A stretch of 64,000 bases of DNA from an uncultured Planctomycetia bacterium. GTDB lineage: Bacteria > Omnitrophota > Gorgyraeia > Taenaricolales > CAZCCH01. Within the stretch, counting starts at the first letter, position 1. The number at the start of each line of letters is the position of its first letter. Positions 28,801 to 35,615 of this stretch are shown here, one piece after another. The translations under genes and the position numbers were made by a program. The notes under the pieces are model-generated. The model saw nothing but the letters and a program-made list of their open reading frames with translations, ran no database searches and was not told the DNA's origin. Location: NCBI GenBank assembly GCA_964497315.1, contig CAZCCH010000005.1, positions 1,885-65,884 on the forward strand, given 5' to 3'.

Positions 28801-29953
28801 TTGCCAAGCCTAAGCCTTCTTGGTCTTTTTCAGATTCTTTGCTTGTTTCAGCAAAGCGAGCCGCAGAGCTTAAAAATCCCAGTTTATCCAAATGCGGGCA
28901 TAAATTATTAAAGCCGTATATTAGAAAATCTGTACCATTTTCAGGGTTGGCTAATTCTTCTGCCAAGCCTTCATTTGATTTTGAAATAATCGCCAGTGAA
29001 ACAAAACCCTTACCGTCTTTCTTAGAACTTGCCATGTCATTTAGCTGATCAGCCCATAGTTGAATTTCAGAATCTTTTATATCTGCACCTGCCTCATCAC
29101 TTAATTCTTTTTGAACATGTCTTAATATACTAGCCTTGCCTTCTTTAAAATAAACGGGCCCATTTGTTCCAAATACCCCATCAAAGCAATTTTCTATTCC
29201 AAGGATTTTTAAAATTCCCTCTGCAACTCTTTGTGTATTACCAGTTCCAATATACATACGAGATCCCAAAGATTTTCGCAGGCTGGATATATGCTTTATA
29301 GCCTCAATAGCACCAGGGAGTCTTTCAGGAAGCTTTCGTTGAAATTCTCTTAAAAGTTCTTCTTCAAAAATTCTAATAAAGGCTTCTGCGAGACTGTCTT
29401 GTCTTGCTAGTCTATTTATTTGGGCTTTGGCAGTTGGGTTATATCTTGAAACAAGTTGTAGAATAAGTTTTTGCAACTGCCTTTCTGGGGTGCCTATTTC
29501 TTCTAAGAGTGCAGGGATTTGGTCAGTTAATAAATCTCCTGCGGTTTTTTTATGAAGGGCTATGCCCTCTCTGAGGTCCTCACCAGTTTTTGGTTCTTTT
29601 GAGGTAAGATTTTTAACCCAGAAGTATAGTTTTCCAAAGTTCCTATCTATTTGCGGTAGGCTATCAATAATAGTACCATCTAAATCAACAACAATGGCCT
29701 TTGGTGTAAGGGGGTTAGCATTGGGATTTACTTTTTGGAATACTTCAACAAAGCGAGAAGGCGCTTCATCTTTCCCAGAAAGCCTTTTTCTTAATTCTTC
29801 TGAAAATCTAGTTTTTCTGGTTGTATCTGGTCTTAGGGTTTCTTGGGAAAAAGAAGAGGCCAAGGCAAACTCTGGCCCTATGAGTGACATTGAGAATGTC
29901 ACCAAAAGCATTATTGATATTATTTTGGGAATATAATAGTTTTTAAACTGCAT
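16808..29953 (-). CDS. 4381-aa giant secreted multidomain protein (putative polyprotein punctuated by RFxE motifs)
   Basis: Single uninterrupted ORF with N-terminal Sec-type signal (IISIMLLVTFSMSLIG...ALA). Recognisable HAD (DLDGT), HEAT repeats, SGH...SC dyad, MerR-like HTH, SAM-MTase (DLGTASG), kinase-like (HGDL), HD (HDIGK), HATPase-like and GNAT (RGVG) segments. Confidence 0.9.
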   Translation of the reverse strand: MQFKNYYIPKIISIMLLVTFSMSLIGPEFALASSFSQETLRPDTTRKTRFSEELRKRLSGKDEAPSRFVEVFQKVNPNANPLTPKAIVVDLDGTIIDSLPQIDRNFGKLYFWVKNLTSKEPKTGEDLREGIALHKKTAGDLLTDQIPALLEEIGTPERQLQKLILQLVSRYNPTAKAQINRLARQDSLAEAFIRIFEEELLREFQRKLPERLPGAIEAIKHISSLRKSLGSRMYIGTGNTQRVAEGILKILGIENCFDGVFGTNGPVYFKEGKASILRHVQKELSDEAGADIKDSEIQLWADQLNDMASSKKDGKGFVSLAIISKSNEGLAEELANPENGTDFLIYGFNNLCPHLDKLGFLSSAARFAETSKESEKDQEGLGLAMAELSQVNPEARSIFSAPSDLKSTESARPIADRHTQIASTQQKPSRMTGRKMRALHEIDEIVTRMSRDRLKRANALEQIDRNAEKPSVFSSSVEETPPATTRNRLLNRLLLTSGLVAANFIAEHKRTEYYFRQIPEVLQYAIPAPSDGVTFPPEIQELINKKDAETLAMIATSDRNPRRAYWALLGLGRLLNRQNIPYLSYKKIVDLILNIRNTKPKLGRLAVRILRSQMIKIYHENRGIRAVAAYFIGIIGGKDAFDILTGQGIGLNDSNPFVRRFAAIGLGRGASSKDASYDFAWQALASLYTVINDTDTSVRRCAVDAAGDIAKTHRNLILQALKVLGSRLDDEDVHVRRAAVFAVGKIAKYPHAKRILTLLSTKINDGDRSIRESAIATIRRISRYSKSEIALMAVEALVPAINDEDVKIRQNAISAIGVIVSTCSESIPQALELIAPSLDAENVDIARNAVDAIASIGRGHSKMAQQALKLLAPRMNHEETYVRRTTIYNIARIGTAHSGLALRSLHMLIGRLSHTKDVTTTREAIRGIGSIGTAHAEYASMALTALNRAMHTEEYKGNSLLVRAVREIGQAHTELASRVIPMLLTRIDDKYSWIAKIAAEGIGNIACRHPRLAQQAMLEVSKKIKAKDADVRKGSLAAVGKIGTVTPTLARQALAALTAEDTGVNDIDENVAASAARGLTEVFVKYQDLLREDRLRMLFGFIGRYGNREALGPILKTKKDLLKGLLNKIIEQIRQAKSIDSADFNIVLYVLSIPGTPLQQKAEYLRELYKIPTREGINRTKRSLYLLSIASVVQGFSDKERQYCDEHAPHAMECAEKLLANQTNPAYDVIFDKDTNPEQEFNLWLYAPLNSECYVELFDKKMQDAKSVETVGGVTIYKTTLNGKKVTVYFDPRGDSNNYRGEIFEHAGKPKVHGMFYSGHTGMGGNLVRALETAPDVDMLQASHQIIGMLSCDSSRAYLGPAKVLFPLAQFVITTTSTSANYDPDTFWIIIDGITQELPWPVIKKRVREKVAENRARWIAQGGKALDPRYLFPHEREEQFRCMDLDGDGRPDQTPEGIIFMPRLGIIIPSNRPTLDREIVNIDMSRVRTAKGSHAVHTVAYYFGFNDYLLDLKEKMIPAGFIAPHYGDSEEACFVSKDTVGDSEAIYKISINKGYIHKHEAVITMMLFQELNEHFTAEKKGHMTNLDRALARVRTLQMVVDFIDRYRQRWSFVTDLFPEFLEKYEYPKVSLDAIRKTMDKYTDADRQTAIEKLLKTLGCEEDINRDLLKREGLLSRFSEQDVPLQFDIQETTPNITHSRFSEAENADALEDFDKMLDQHKPDAFTLYKDSLPRKITLEQAYVRLRKYRFKKTGDLSPNRELWYRRKPKKTKKTYTSSQAAGKLGITKTWVNKLTDRMEEEGLIDIPTNRKGHRVYSSEHIRAIRRYSARISRDRDNGRNKKKTAKKKASSSSRFSEIQPKTVRHMYTGDSLRISQGTYDYLARSYKIIAYLKTNRIDLAGKDIWDLGTASGVLGMYAAGEGGHVVATDIKETACEDAKYNVEQAGLQDRMEVRQGDFDECLSDDEKFDFILCHPPLFPTPIYGTDPNTYDEQFTFIKKLLASLSKRLKEGGRLIILYPNKELVDWAKWNVRYGVFDIEALRDNLKTQGLEIKRPAKTRLRYFVPSDSIVWDIEKQAARFSEDGASRWKFGMQNAKCPKKQGDMGTQSIQDVNFWRRIYLPLARRGLIIEEQIGFGGHTYVYRAVDPKKGENFQVAVRIEKGEGHSKIENLQIAKGLIAKMNGAPPALVNIITAGTISTSGTGEKLTYHELEYVDGPSLIEALPEMPGLNRRLWIIAQVFEGIAFLHDKKVFHGDLSLLRKNILLDSQGYPKIIDPGYGHGSFVSANDVTQVRHTGLRNIEKTLYDIQDLALVAYQILLGPDTEIPDTLETAEEELQNARVKKTPSAQQMAHLASLIYDMKQGECNSMADVSKRFQSIFPNIASYGPVRFSEIRPPLRHELAKIVSNVDIETVYTELHSSRKLSGSITPLLDHIQRVRIDAATLAEELKVDEPDRKVLDAAAALHDIGKLYRRNLWKLVFSSKVVSEDPDDPERQLIDKHAGFSVELLEILGINVSDDVKTLIRNHHHPERIKDARLRRLCEILLLVDVMDALLDDRSYKEAKWHVSDHWGFIEKFPEISESYYLQGKCLHWDIREALLGLIFRGTFNGGLYPNLTRESFENGPPVDDSTTEEARFSEVDDFQTRQRNPFRIIDNINASIFLATTPHGDERYKPERILAIEWLTSVLVDGEIPHAYQQDVDMAKEAIDTLISLLHDPDNTVCMNAAAGLVYADKTRRERFSTTTSGYIPLRSLQTAVTVLRKELVSLPAGDIDKITCIDALSDLGQIDGLSEEAPILLVGAGNSLHSALAKERNNPQIASELVDALVWYATDKTIVAIVPLLQNEDEQLQQRTAIALAHILESNKLNEELAKHKTAIAEFLPNRLVWNLSTYRHNPLAIADGIDKTAKEMKAFFNLCRQVRDDIVIIDDREQLAKYFFEEIGKNGLCARSNLNIAKLIKENTDGRYRIDELEECYEQGLVTLEAIHKQIMDGIRETRLRMALRLEGGTLHLEVSNNSHPGELKAKIEKKLALADSGDGLLEHPEKAVDFSLFGGIEKHHELEGVLKIGALQLSALGGGIFLLRRFAKNRNGDMEVSFDDHWTTFSFYIPLDSSSDKVEEGSSRFAELIKQDVESWLEAELITKQDRPDTIYEDPETIKQNMQQIASMEVSKEERYHLMKLAIELAERTALNKPETAKKLGIDLDRKDEYPTLWAQKDKSGHSLDDIDDEATAIETKHPYFVHMSEKPPVDFSPEDINIFLGDISVNPYKKLDDSSSFAEISPVPAYPTLMEIIPADERQALMNELRKLGFSGGESEILGQISLSSNSVRKVRAFDSSSKLLQNALQLDLIREDLRRLINKKLESGEEKNLAYCVVGLGLVPRETLQLVRSSVEILKEVVGAEAAKEWQIQVVGIDPDELVLKNAKPIFKKTSSSYKKEHGIDVSMQVHEGNAFNRKGLVDIVKVFGTKADYLVHRYSPHMMNNLAKNGLLTKGIITELSHELISRIQNLVKIYIAVSNLIEVFAKPGSRFIIDPLKEIVNLGGNIAPVFLPPNARIVTVRELMTDDIASKWSPTELPFVLCNERHVSNQGTGIIEIIGIHPTGLEAFLDAIENSTAVPSRFTEIKGDAIQPREVLVLNQRENQPEKITIKQLTRLDPNFEKIRQGRFGWSREELYSNKEVFLGIREGCDYALEANRRKYIIVATRNDDSIVDGSYTIIIDGTGTIKMKTIEISPKNRDKNNPELRGVGMELYKAAIDFAIGAGYLTHETPLTQPLLQCLPMSRAGRAIAEKVGLAEFDASRPVKSWNRKTALLFYIRQSLLSTDHPMDTGELLNEDNLGMAYSEAETKDVIEMLLRSGQIRQVNSRYINVKNPYWQEDRGTGFGPARFVENPLLGAQDSALSRSLLSGNKIVKLSASDRYAWALTVLEKIGQLTGLPFDGNVDNSLDTIDYAKLVFSRYKEQPALEASLPLADAFLALNLLPVRGRHPYRTDDNLADSFSNMDMLFSNNISDEIRLQHEELGRPVRVLLVGDAGGLTAISIMDLFEDSVEIHSYNKEPDLTFEFDTAVRQCLMVSGLSHVTPRKIEGYLEQIKQRCYPVNVEEDELLQDDLSEGFDVIIVCRKTAQYFHDKFKTLERLRKSLRVGGVVYANVEPVDYRTTASEEFKREAMYEALLKLSSTEPSLSLIPNNVYNIFMALRNTGKPFRFPFTLHSATYDWEESNYFPILFNYYLPAEIDPSRFTETETLTDEIIGQTSLDVTTGIILGPSSLAEGVASIRDHFAEGVLVAAVVPSSDTRYRGLIAELNETLPDDETIKVFDSARDAGLWLYSQGAQIVRYIATSAQEAKEALLVPFVTEAHVILEATLEKLQELKVIQEFKRNI
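26700..28100 (-). repeat. HEAT/ARM-like protein repeats inside the giant ORF (approximate bounds)
   Basis: Repeated L.D.D..VRR.AV.A.G.I units of roughly 38-40 aa, e.g. LNDSNPFVRRFAAIGLG, INDTDTSVRRCAVDAAG, LDDEDVHVRRAAVFAVG. Confidence 0.85.
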
Positions 29954-30305
29954 ATCAGATTGTAAAGAGTTTTATATTGCCATTGATAGACTTTAATTTA
30001 ACTAAAAAGTGTCATAAAAAATCAGTTTTAATACTAAAAAATAGCTTACTTTTTAATTTACTAATGAGCTAATTACATCACTTACCATATATAACACATT
30101 AATAAGTGCTTTCTTACTTTTTTATTTGCTAACAATATTTTAACTTAAATAAATATATATAGTTATGTATGAAAATTTTTTAAGATTTTTAGGGTTTTTT
30201 AGGTTAAATAGAAGTGTATTTTTTGGTTAAAAAAGGTCTTTAAGATTAAGCAAAAAATAGAGATAGGCTTAATAAAGGGATTTTTTATTTTCATGAAAAA
30301 TTGAC

Positions 30306-30333
30306 TTGACATATCGAATTTACATGGTATAAT
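30306..30333 (+). promoter_or_regulatory. consensus sigma70 promoter, probably giving a leaderless mRNA
   Basis: TTGACA (30306-11), 16 nt, TG-G-TATAAT (30328-33); ATG only 6 nt downstream; no RBS. Confidence 0.65.
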
Positions 30334-30339
30334 TAAAAC

Positions 30340-31497
30340 ATGGAAATCAAGCGCACTAAAGAACTAAAACTTTTAAGGGAAAGGCTTAAAGGGAATCCAG
30401 TCGTTGCCATCCTTGGGCCTAGGCAGTGCGGCAAGACGACACTAGCAAGGCAGTTTGCCCGCACTACTCCTAAGGACAAAGTGCACATTTTTGACCTTGA
30501 AGACCCGAGGGATCTTGCACGGCTTGATAACCCTACATTGGTTTTTGAAAACCTGCATGGCTATATCATAATTGATGAAATTCAAAGGAGGTCGGAACTT
30601 TTTCCGGTTTTGCGCGTATTTGTAGATAAAAACTCAACAGCAAAATACATAATTTTAGGAAGTGCATCCCGTAACTTAATAGCGCAGAGCTCCGAATCGT
30701 TGGCTGGCCGGATTAGCTATATTGAAATGGGCGGTTTTTGCCTGGAGCATGTTGCAAAAAAAGATTTAAAGAAATTATGGATAAGGGGTAGCTTTCCCCG
30801 CTCCTTTCTTGCTGCAAATGAACACTCATCTTTTCAATGGAGAGAAGATTTTATAACTACGTTTCTTGAACGGGATATCCCAAATCTTGGAATAAAGATA
30901 CCTGCCCGCACATTGAGACGTTTTTGGATGATGTTGGCACATTATCACGGCCAGATATTCAATGCATCTGAAATAGGAAGGAGCCTCTCGGTATCCGACC
31001 ATACCGCAAGGCGGTATCTGGATATACTTTCTGGGACATTCCTTATCCGGCAGTTACAACCATGGTATTACAATACAAAAAAAAGACTTATCAAACGGCC
31101 AAAATTATATTTTAGGGACAGCGGTATTTTACATGCACTGCTTTCTGTGGAAAATTATCGCAATATGATTACACATCCTAAACTTGGCACCTCTTGGGAA
31201 GGATTTGCCCTTGGGCAAACTGTTGAATTTTTGAATTTGAATGAAGCGGAAACTTTTTTTTGGGCAGTACATACCGGAGCAGAGTTAGATTTACTGTTTT
31301 CCCGCAAAGGGAAGATGTGGGGTGTTGAAGTTAAATACACCGAATCTCCAAAATTGACTAAGTCAATGAAGACGGCCCTAGAAGAACTTTCCTTGGCCCA
31401 CCTTTGGGTGATATATCCAGGGCAGGAAGTTTTTTCTCTGGATGAGCGCGTTACAGCAATTCCCCTCCAAAACCTTCAAAGTATTAAAGTCCAATAA
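30340..31497 (+). CDS. AAA_14 / DUF4143-type ATPase
   Basis: GPRQCGKTT, IIDEIQ, SESLAGR, FLERDI, ELDL...GVEVK. Confidence 0.88.
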   Translation: MEIKRTKELKLLRERLKGNPVVAILGPRQCGKTTLARQFARTTPKDKVHIFDLEDPRDLARLDNPTLVFENLHGYIIIDEIQRRSELFPVLRVFVDKNSTAKYIILGSASRNLIAQSSESLAGRISYIEMGGFCLEHVAKKDLKKLWIRGSFPRSFLAANEHSSFQWREDFITTFLERDIPNLGIKIPARTLRRFWMMLAHYHGQIFNASEIGRSLSVSDHTARRYLDILSGTFLIRQLQPWYYNTKKRLIKRPKLYFRDSGILHALLSVENYRNMITHPKLGTSWEGFALGQTVEFLNLNEAETFFWAVHTGAELDLLFSRKGKMWGVEVKYTESPKLTKSMKTALEELSLAHLWVIYPGQEVFSLDERVTAIPLQNLQSIKVQ

Positions 31498-31660
31498 ATT
31501 ACCTAAATTAAGAAAATCAAAAGCTAGATTTTAGTGGAATTTCCTCAAAATTTCTTCATTGACAAGATACTTACCTTATATTATGATATAATATACCACT
31601 AAACCCACCATAATAGTCATTAAAACAACCTAATAGCTCATCGCAGAAAGGATTTTCAAA

Positions 31661-33724
31661 ATGGCAGATTATACACCTGATAAGATTCGCAATGTAGCGT
31701 TGCTGGCGCATTCCAGCGCTGGAAAAACTTCATTGGCTGAAGCACTGCTTTATGGTGCAAAGACAACGACCAGACTTGGCAGCATTGATGCCGTCAATAC
31801 GGTTTCAGATTATAACTCAGATGAAATAGAACGAAAGATTTCAATAACCGCATCTGTGTTAAATGCCAAATGGAACGAACATAAAATCAACCTAATAGAC
31901 ACACCCGGTTATTCTGATTTTATCGGAGAGATGCTTGCTTCTTTAAGAGCTGTAGATTCAGCAGTTGTTTTAGTATGCGGCCTAAATGGTGTTGAGGTAG
32001 GAACAGAAAAAGTTTGGGATCTCTTAGAGCAGGTTAGTATGCCAAGAATCGTTTTTGTAAACAGACTTGATAAAGAAAATGCTGATTTTTACAAGGTCCT
32101 TTCTGAAATCCAAGAAAGACTTGGAAAAAAATGTGTACCCGCTCAGGTACCAATAGGCAAAGAAACCTCCTTTAAAGACGTTGTTAATATAATCAAGTCT
32201 GAGGATTTAGAAAAAGCCGGGCTTTCCGAGGAAGAAAAAGAGCAAGCAAATAAATTCAGAGAAGCATTAATTGAGGCCGCTGCAGAAAGCGATGATAAAT
32301 TATTAGAAAAATATTTAGATGCAGGTGAGCTTTCTCAAGAAGAATTCTTAAGTGGTTTAAAGACAGCTGTGCAAACAGGAAAGGTTGTGCCTGTTTTATG
32401 CGGAGCTGCTACAAAAGAAATCGGCACAAAGCCTCTTTTAGACTTTTTAGTAAATTATAGCCCCCCACCTGTTATAAAGGATGAAGTCAAAGGCAAAAAG
32501 CCTGATAGCGATGAAGAAGAAACGCGTAAGCTCACAATTGATGAACCATTTAGTGCCTTTGTGTTTAAAACGATTTCAGATCCGTATGTAGGTCAACTAA
32601 GTGTATTCAGAGTATTTTCAGGGATACTTAAGTCTGATACGGGATTTTATAATTCTACTAAGCAGACCAAGGAAAGAATAGGCCAGCTATTAATATTAAA
32701 TGGAAAGGAACAATCCACTATTCAAGAAGCAGTCGCAGGTGATATATGCGCAGTAGCAAAACTAAAGGGGACCGTTACCTCAGATACAATATGCGTGCAA
32801 TCTAATCCTATTGTATTTAATCCTATAGCATTTCCAGAACCTGCTATTTCCCAGGCTGTAAAACCGCATTCAAGGGCAGATGAAGAAAAAATATCAGATG
32901 CCCTGGCAAAACTTTCAGGTGAAGACTTAACCTTTAAAATAAGCAGAGACATACAGACAAAAGAATTAATTATATCAGGACTTGGGGATTTACATCTTGA
33001 GATAATGGTAAGCCGCCTGAAGAAGCGCTTTAATGTTTCCGTAGATGTAGGTGTACCAAAGGTTGCATATAAAGAGACAATAACCCAAGGCGCAGATGTA
33101 CAAGGAAAGTACAAAAGGCAAACTGGCGGAAGAGGTCAATATGGAGATGTATGGATTAAAATAGAGCCATTGCCAAGCGGCGGGGACTTTGAATTTGTAA
33201 ACCAGATAGTAGGAGGTGCCATCCCCAGAAATTATATACCCTCTGTAGAAAAAGGGATGAGAGCGGCAATGCAAGAGGGTGCTGTGGCAGGTTATCCTTT
33301 GGTAGACATAAAAGTAATGCTGTATGATGGTTCATATCATCAGGTTGACTCTTCTGATATGGCATTTCAGATAGCAGGTTCCATGGCCTTAAAGAAGGCC
33401 GTGTTAGAGGCAAAACCTGTATTACTTGAACCTGTCATGGATGCGGAGATAGTTGTCCCTGAAGAATTCATGGGTGGCATAACTGGAAATGTAAACTCAA
33501 GAAGAGGCCGCATAATGGGAATGGAGGCCAAGGGAAAGGTTCAAGTCGTCAAGGCACAAATACCGCTAGCGGAAATGCTAAAATATGCATCTGAGTTAAA
33601 GTCAATTACAGGAGGAAGGGGCTCTTATACTATGAGATTTTCTCACTATGAACAAGTACCCCAAAAAATTGCACAACAGATTATTAGCATGTCTCAAGCA
33701 GCGAAGGAAGAAGAAAAGAAATAA
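31661..33724 (+). CDS. fusA: elongation factor G paralogue (EF-G2/FusA-like)
   Basis: Five-domain EF-G layout; G1 AHSSAGKTS, DTPG, NRLD; QTGGRGQYG, DGSYH.VDSS. Confidence 0.9.
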   Translation: MADYTPDKIRNVALLAHSSAGKTSLAEALLYGAKTTTRLGSIDAVNTVSDYNSDEIERKISITASVLNAKWNEHKINLIDTPGYSDFIGEMLASLRAVDSAVVLVCGLNGVEVGTEKVWDLLEQVSMPRIVFVNRLDKENADFYKVLSEIQERLGKKCVPAQVPIGKETSFKDVVNIIKSEDLEKAGLSEEEKEQANKFREALIEAAAESDDKLLEKYLDAGELSQEEFLSGLKTAVQTGKVVPVLCGAATKEIGTKPLLDFLVNYSPPPVIKDEVKGKKPDSDEEETRKLTIDEPFSAFVFKTISDPYVGQLSVFRVFSGILKSDTGFYNSTKQTKERIGQLLILNGKEQSTIQEAVAGDICAVAKLKGTVTSDTICVQSNPIVFNPIAFPEPAISQAVKPHSRADEEKISDALAKLSGEDLTFKISRDIQTKELIISGLGDLHLEIMVSRLKKRFNVSVDVGVPKVAYKETITQGADVQGKYKRQTGGRGQYGDVWIKIEPLPSGGDFEFVNQIVGGAIPRNYIPSVEKGMRAAMQEGAVAGYPLVDIKVMLYDGSYHQVDSSDMAFQIAGSMALKKAVLEAKPVLLEPVMDAEIVVPEEFMGGITGNVNSRRGRIMGMEAKGKVQVVKAQIPLAEMLKYASELKSITGGRGSYTMRFSHYEQVPQKIAQQIISMSQAAKEEEKK

Positions 33725-33740
33725 CTAGGGAGAGGAAACT

Positions 33741-34487
33741 ATGTCAGGACATTCTAAGTGGGCTGGAATAAAACATAAAAAGGCATTAGTGGATGCCAAA
33801 AGAGGAAAGCTTTTCAGTAAAATTGCAAAAGAACTTACAGTTGCAGCCAAAACAGGTGGCGGCAATGCTACTACTAACCCTGCTCTAAGGCTCGCGATTT
33901 CTAAAGCAAAAAATGCAAATATGCCTTCGGACAATGTAGACAGGGCCATAAAAAAAGGCACAGGGGAATTACCCGGTGTAAATTATGAGTCTATTTCTTA
34001 TGAAGGGTATGGACCTGCAGGAGTAGCTGTTTTAGTTGAGGCCCTAACAGATAATAAAAACCGCACCACTGCTGAGGTGAGGAGTATTTTTACCAAAAGA
34101 AGTGGAAATATGGCAGGGCAAGGTTCTGTATCCTGGATGTTTAATAAAAAAGGATATTTTCTTATTGAGAAGACAAAGATAGACGAAGATACATTGATGG
34201 ACATAGTTTTAGATGCAGGCGCAGAAGACTTAAAAGTTGATGAGTCAAATTTTGAAGTTACCTGTAATATAAGAGATTTTGACAAGGTGAGGCAGGCATT
34301 GAAAGAAAAATCAATAGAGCCACAGGTAGCAGAGCTAACAATGGTCCCCACAAGCACAATTAAAGTAACAGGGGAGCGGGCCAAGCAAGTGTTGGGCCTT
34401 GTTGAGTCTTTAGAAGATCACGATGATGTGCAGAACGTATATGCTAACTTTGACATCCCCGATGAGGTATTAGAGCAGGTTGAGTAA
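33741..34487 (+). CDS. yebC: YebC/PmpR family protein
   Basis: MSGHSKW, YEGYGP.G, DDVQNVY.N. Confidence 0.96.
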   Translation: MSGHSKWAGIKHKKALVDAKRGKLFSKIAKELTVAAKTGGGNATTNPALRLAISKAKNANMPSDNVDRAIKKGTGELPGVNYESISYEGYGPAGVAVLVEALTDNKNRTTAEVRSIFTKRSGNMAGQGSVSWMFNKKGYFLIEKTKIDEDTLMDIVLDAGAEDLKVDESNFEVTCNIRDFDKVRQALKEKSIEPQVAELTMVPTSTIKVTGERAKQVLGLVESLEDHDDVQNVYANFDIPDEVLEQVE

Positions 34488-34503
34488 AGGTGATATTATT
34501 GCT

Positions 34504-34986
34504 TTGAAGATTTTAGGGATAGACCCCGGATTAAATATAACAGGCTATGGCCTTATTCAAAAAGAAAAGACTTCTTTAAAATTAATAGAAGCAGGCATTA
34601 TAAAAACTTCAAGTAAAACTCTCTTTGAAGATAGACTTAAAACGATATTTGAAAATATAGCAAAGATTTTAACTGAATATAAACCAGATGTGTGTGTATT
34701 GGAAAAATTATATTCACACTATCGTCATCCAACCACGGTAATACTTATGGGGCATGCACGCGGGGTAATTTGTTGTGCAAGTAGCATTCAACGGATAAAA
34801 CTAGTTGGGTATTCGGTTAAAAGAATAAATAAAGCTGTAATAGGCAGAGGGAATGCTACTAAAACTCAAATTCAGATGATGGTAACAAGTATTTTAAATC
34901 TTAAAAAGCCACCAACACCCAACGATGTTACCGATGCCTTGGCATTGGCCATAGGCCATGCCTATATAATTGGAGCGAAGGTATAA
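34504..34986 (+). CDS. ruvC: Holliday junction resolvase RuvC
   Basis: ILGIDPG...TGYG, GHARG, G.GNA.K.Q, D..DALA.A; start placed at TTG 34504. Confidence 0.93.
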   Translation: MKILGIDPGLNITGYGLIQKEKTSLKLIEAGIIKTSSKTLFEDRLKTIFENIAKILTEYKPDVCVLEKLYSHYRHPTTVILMGHARGVICCASSIQRIKLVGYSVKRINKAVIGRGNATKTQIQMMVTSILNLKKPPTPNDVTDALALAIGHAYIIGAKV

Positions 34987-34987
34987 G

Positions 34988-35614
34988 ATGATATCTTGTA
35001 TTTGCGGAAAAGTAGATAAGAAAAAAGAGCATAGCGTGCTTTTAAGCGTAAATGGTATTTCATATGAAGTATTTGTTCCGGTTACGATTATGAAGACACT
35101 CGATAGCAATATGGAGGAAGACAGAGAAGTAAAATTTATTACTTACCATTATCATCATGCTGAACCCTCCAAGTCTATCCCAGTTCTAATTGGATTTTCA
35201 AACGAAGTGGAAAGAGAGTTCTTTGAGAAATTTATAACCGTCTCTGGTGTAGGACCAAAGGCAGCGGTAAAGGCATTGACTTTGCCTATCTCAAATATCG
35301 CAAAGGCCATAGATGAGGCAGATATGGGTCTTCTAACATCCCTGCCTGGAATAGGCAGACAAAGGGCAAAAGAGATAATTGCTAAATTACAGGGCAAGGT
35401 TGGAAAATATGGATTAATTCAAGATAAACATACAAGTGAGCTCCCCGCTACTAAGGGAGATTTCCAAGAAGAGGCATTAGAGGTTTTATTGCAACTTCAG
35501 TATAAAAGAAATGAAGCAGAGAAGATGCTGGAGAGGGCATTGGAGCGCTCACCAGATGCAAAGAGTGCAGAAGAGCTTTTAAACGAAGTATACAGACAAA
35601 GAGAGATTAAATAA
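34988..35614 (+). CDS. ruvA: Holliday junction branch migration protein RuvA
   Basis: [18 protein letters not shown]...A..I; lies between ruvC and ruvB. Confidence 0.93.
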   Translation: MISCICGKVDKKKEHSVLLSVNGISYEVFVPVTIMKTLDSNMEEDREVKFITYHYHHAEPSKSIPVLIGFSNEVEREFFEKFITVSGVGPKAAVKALTLPISNIAKAIDEADMGLLTSLPGIGRQRAKEIIAKLQGKVGKYGLIQDKHTSELPATKGDFQEEALEVLLQLQYKRNEAEKMLERALERSPDAKSAEELLNEVYRQREIK

Positions 35615-35615
35615 A

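Noticed and set aside
17793-29936. Numerous plus-strand ORFs (60-206 aa) opposite the giant gene
   Set aside because: Antisense shadows of a long coding frame; no recognisable motifs or RBS.
16808-29953. Giant ORF as an intein-containing or RTX/MARTX/Rhs toxin
   Set aside because: No intein splice-junction motifs, GGxGxD RTX repeats or YD repeats were seen.
29954-30339. AT-rich region as replication origin or CRISPR leader
   Set aside because: No DnaA-box cluster, repeat-spacer array or cas genes; explained as a divergent promoter region.
31661-33724. Divergent G motifs in EF-G as a novelty
   Set aside because: Typical of known EF-G2 paralogues located outside the str operon.
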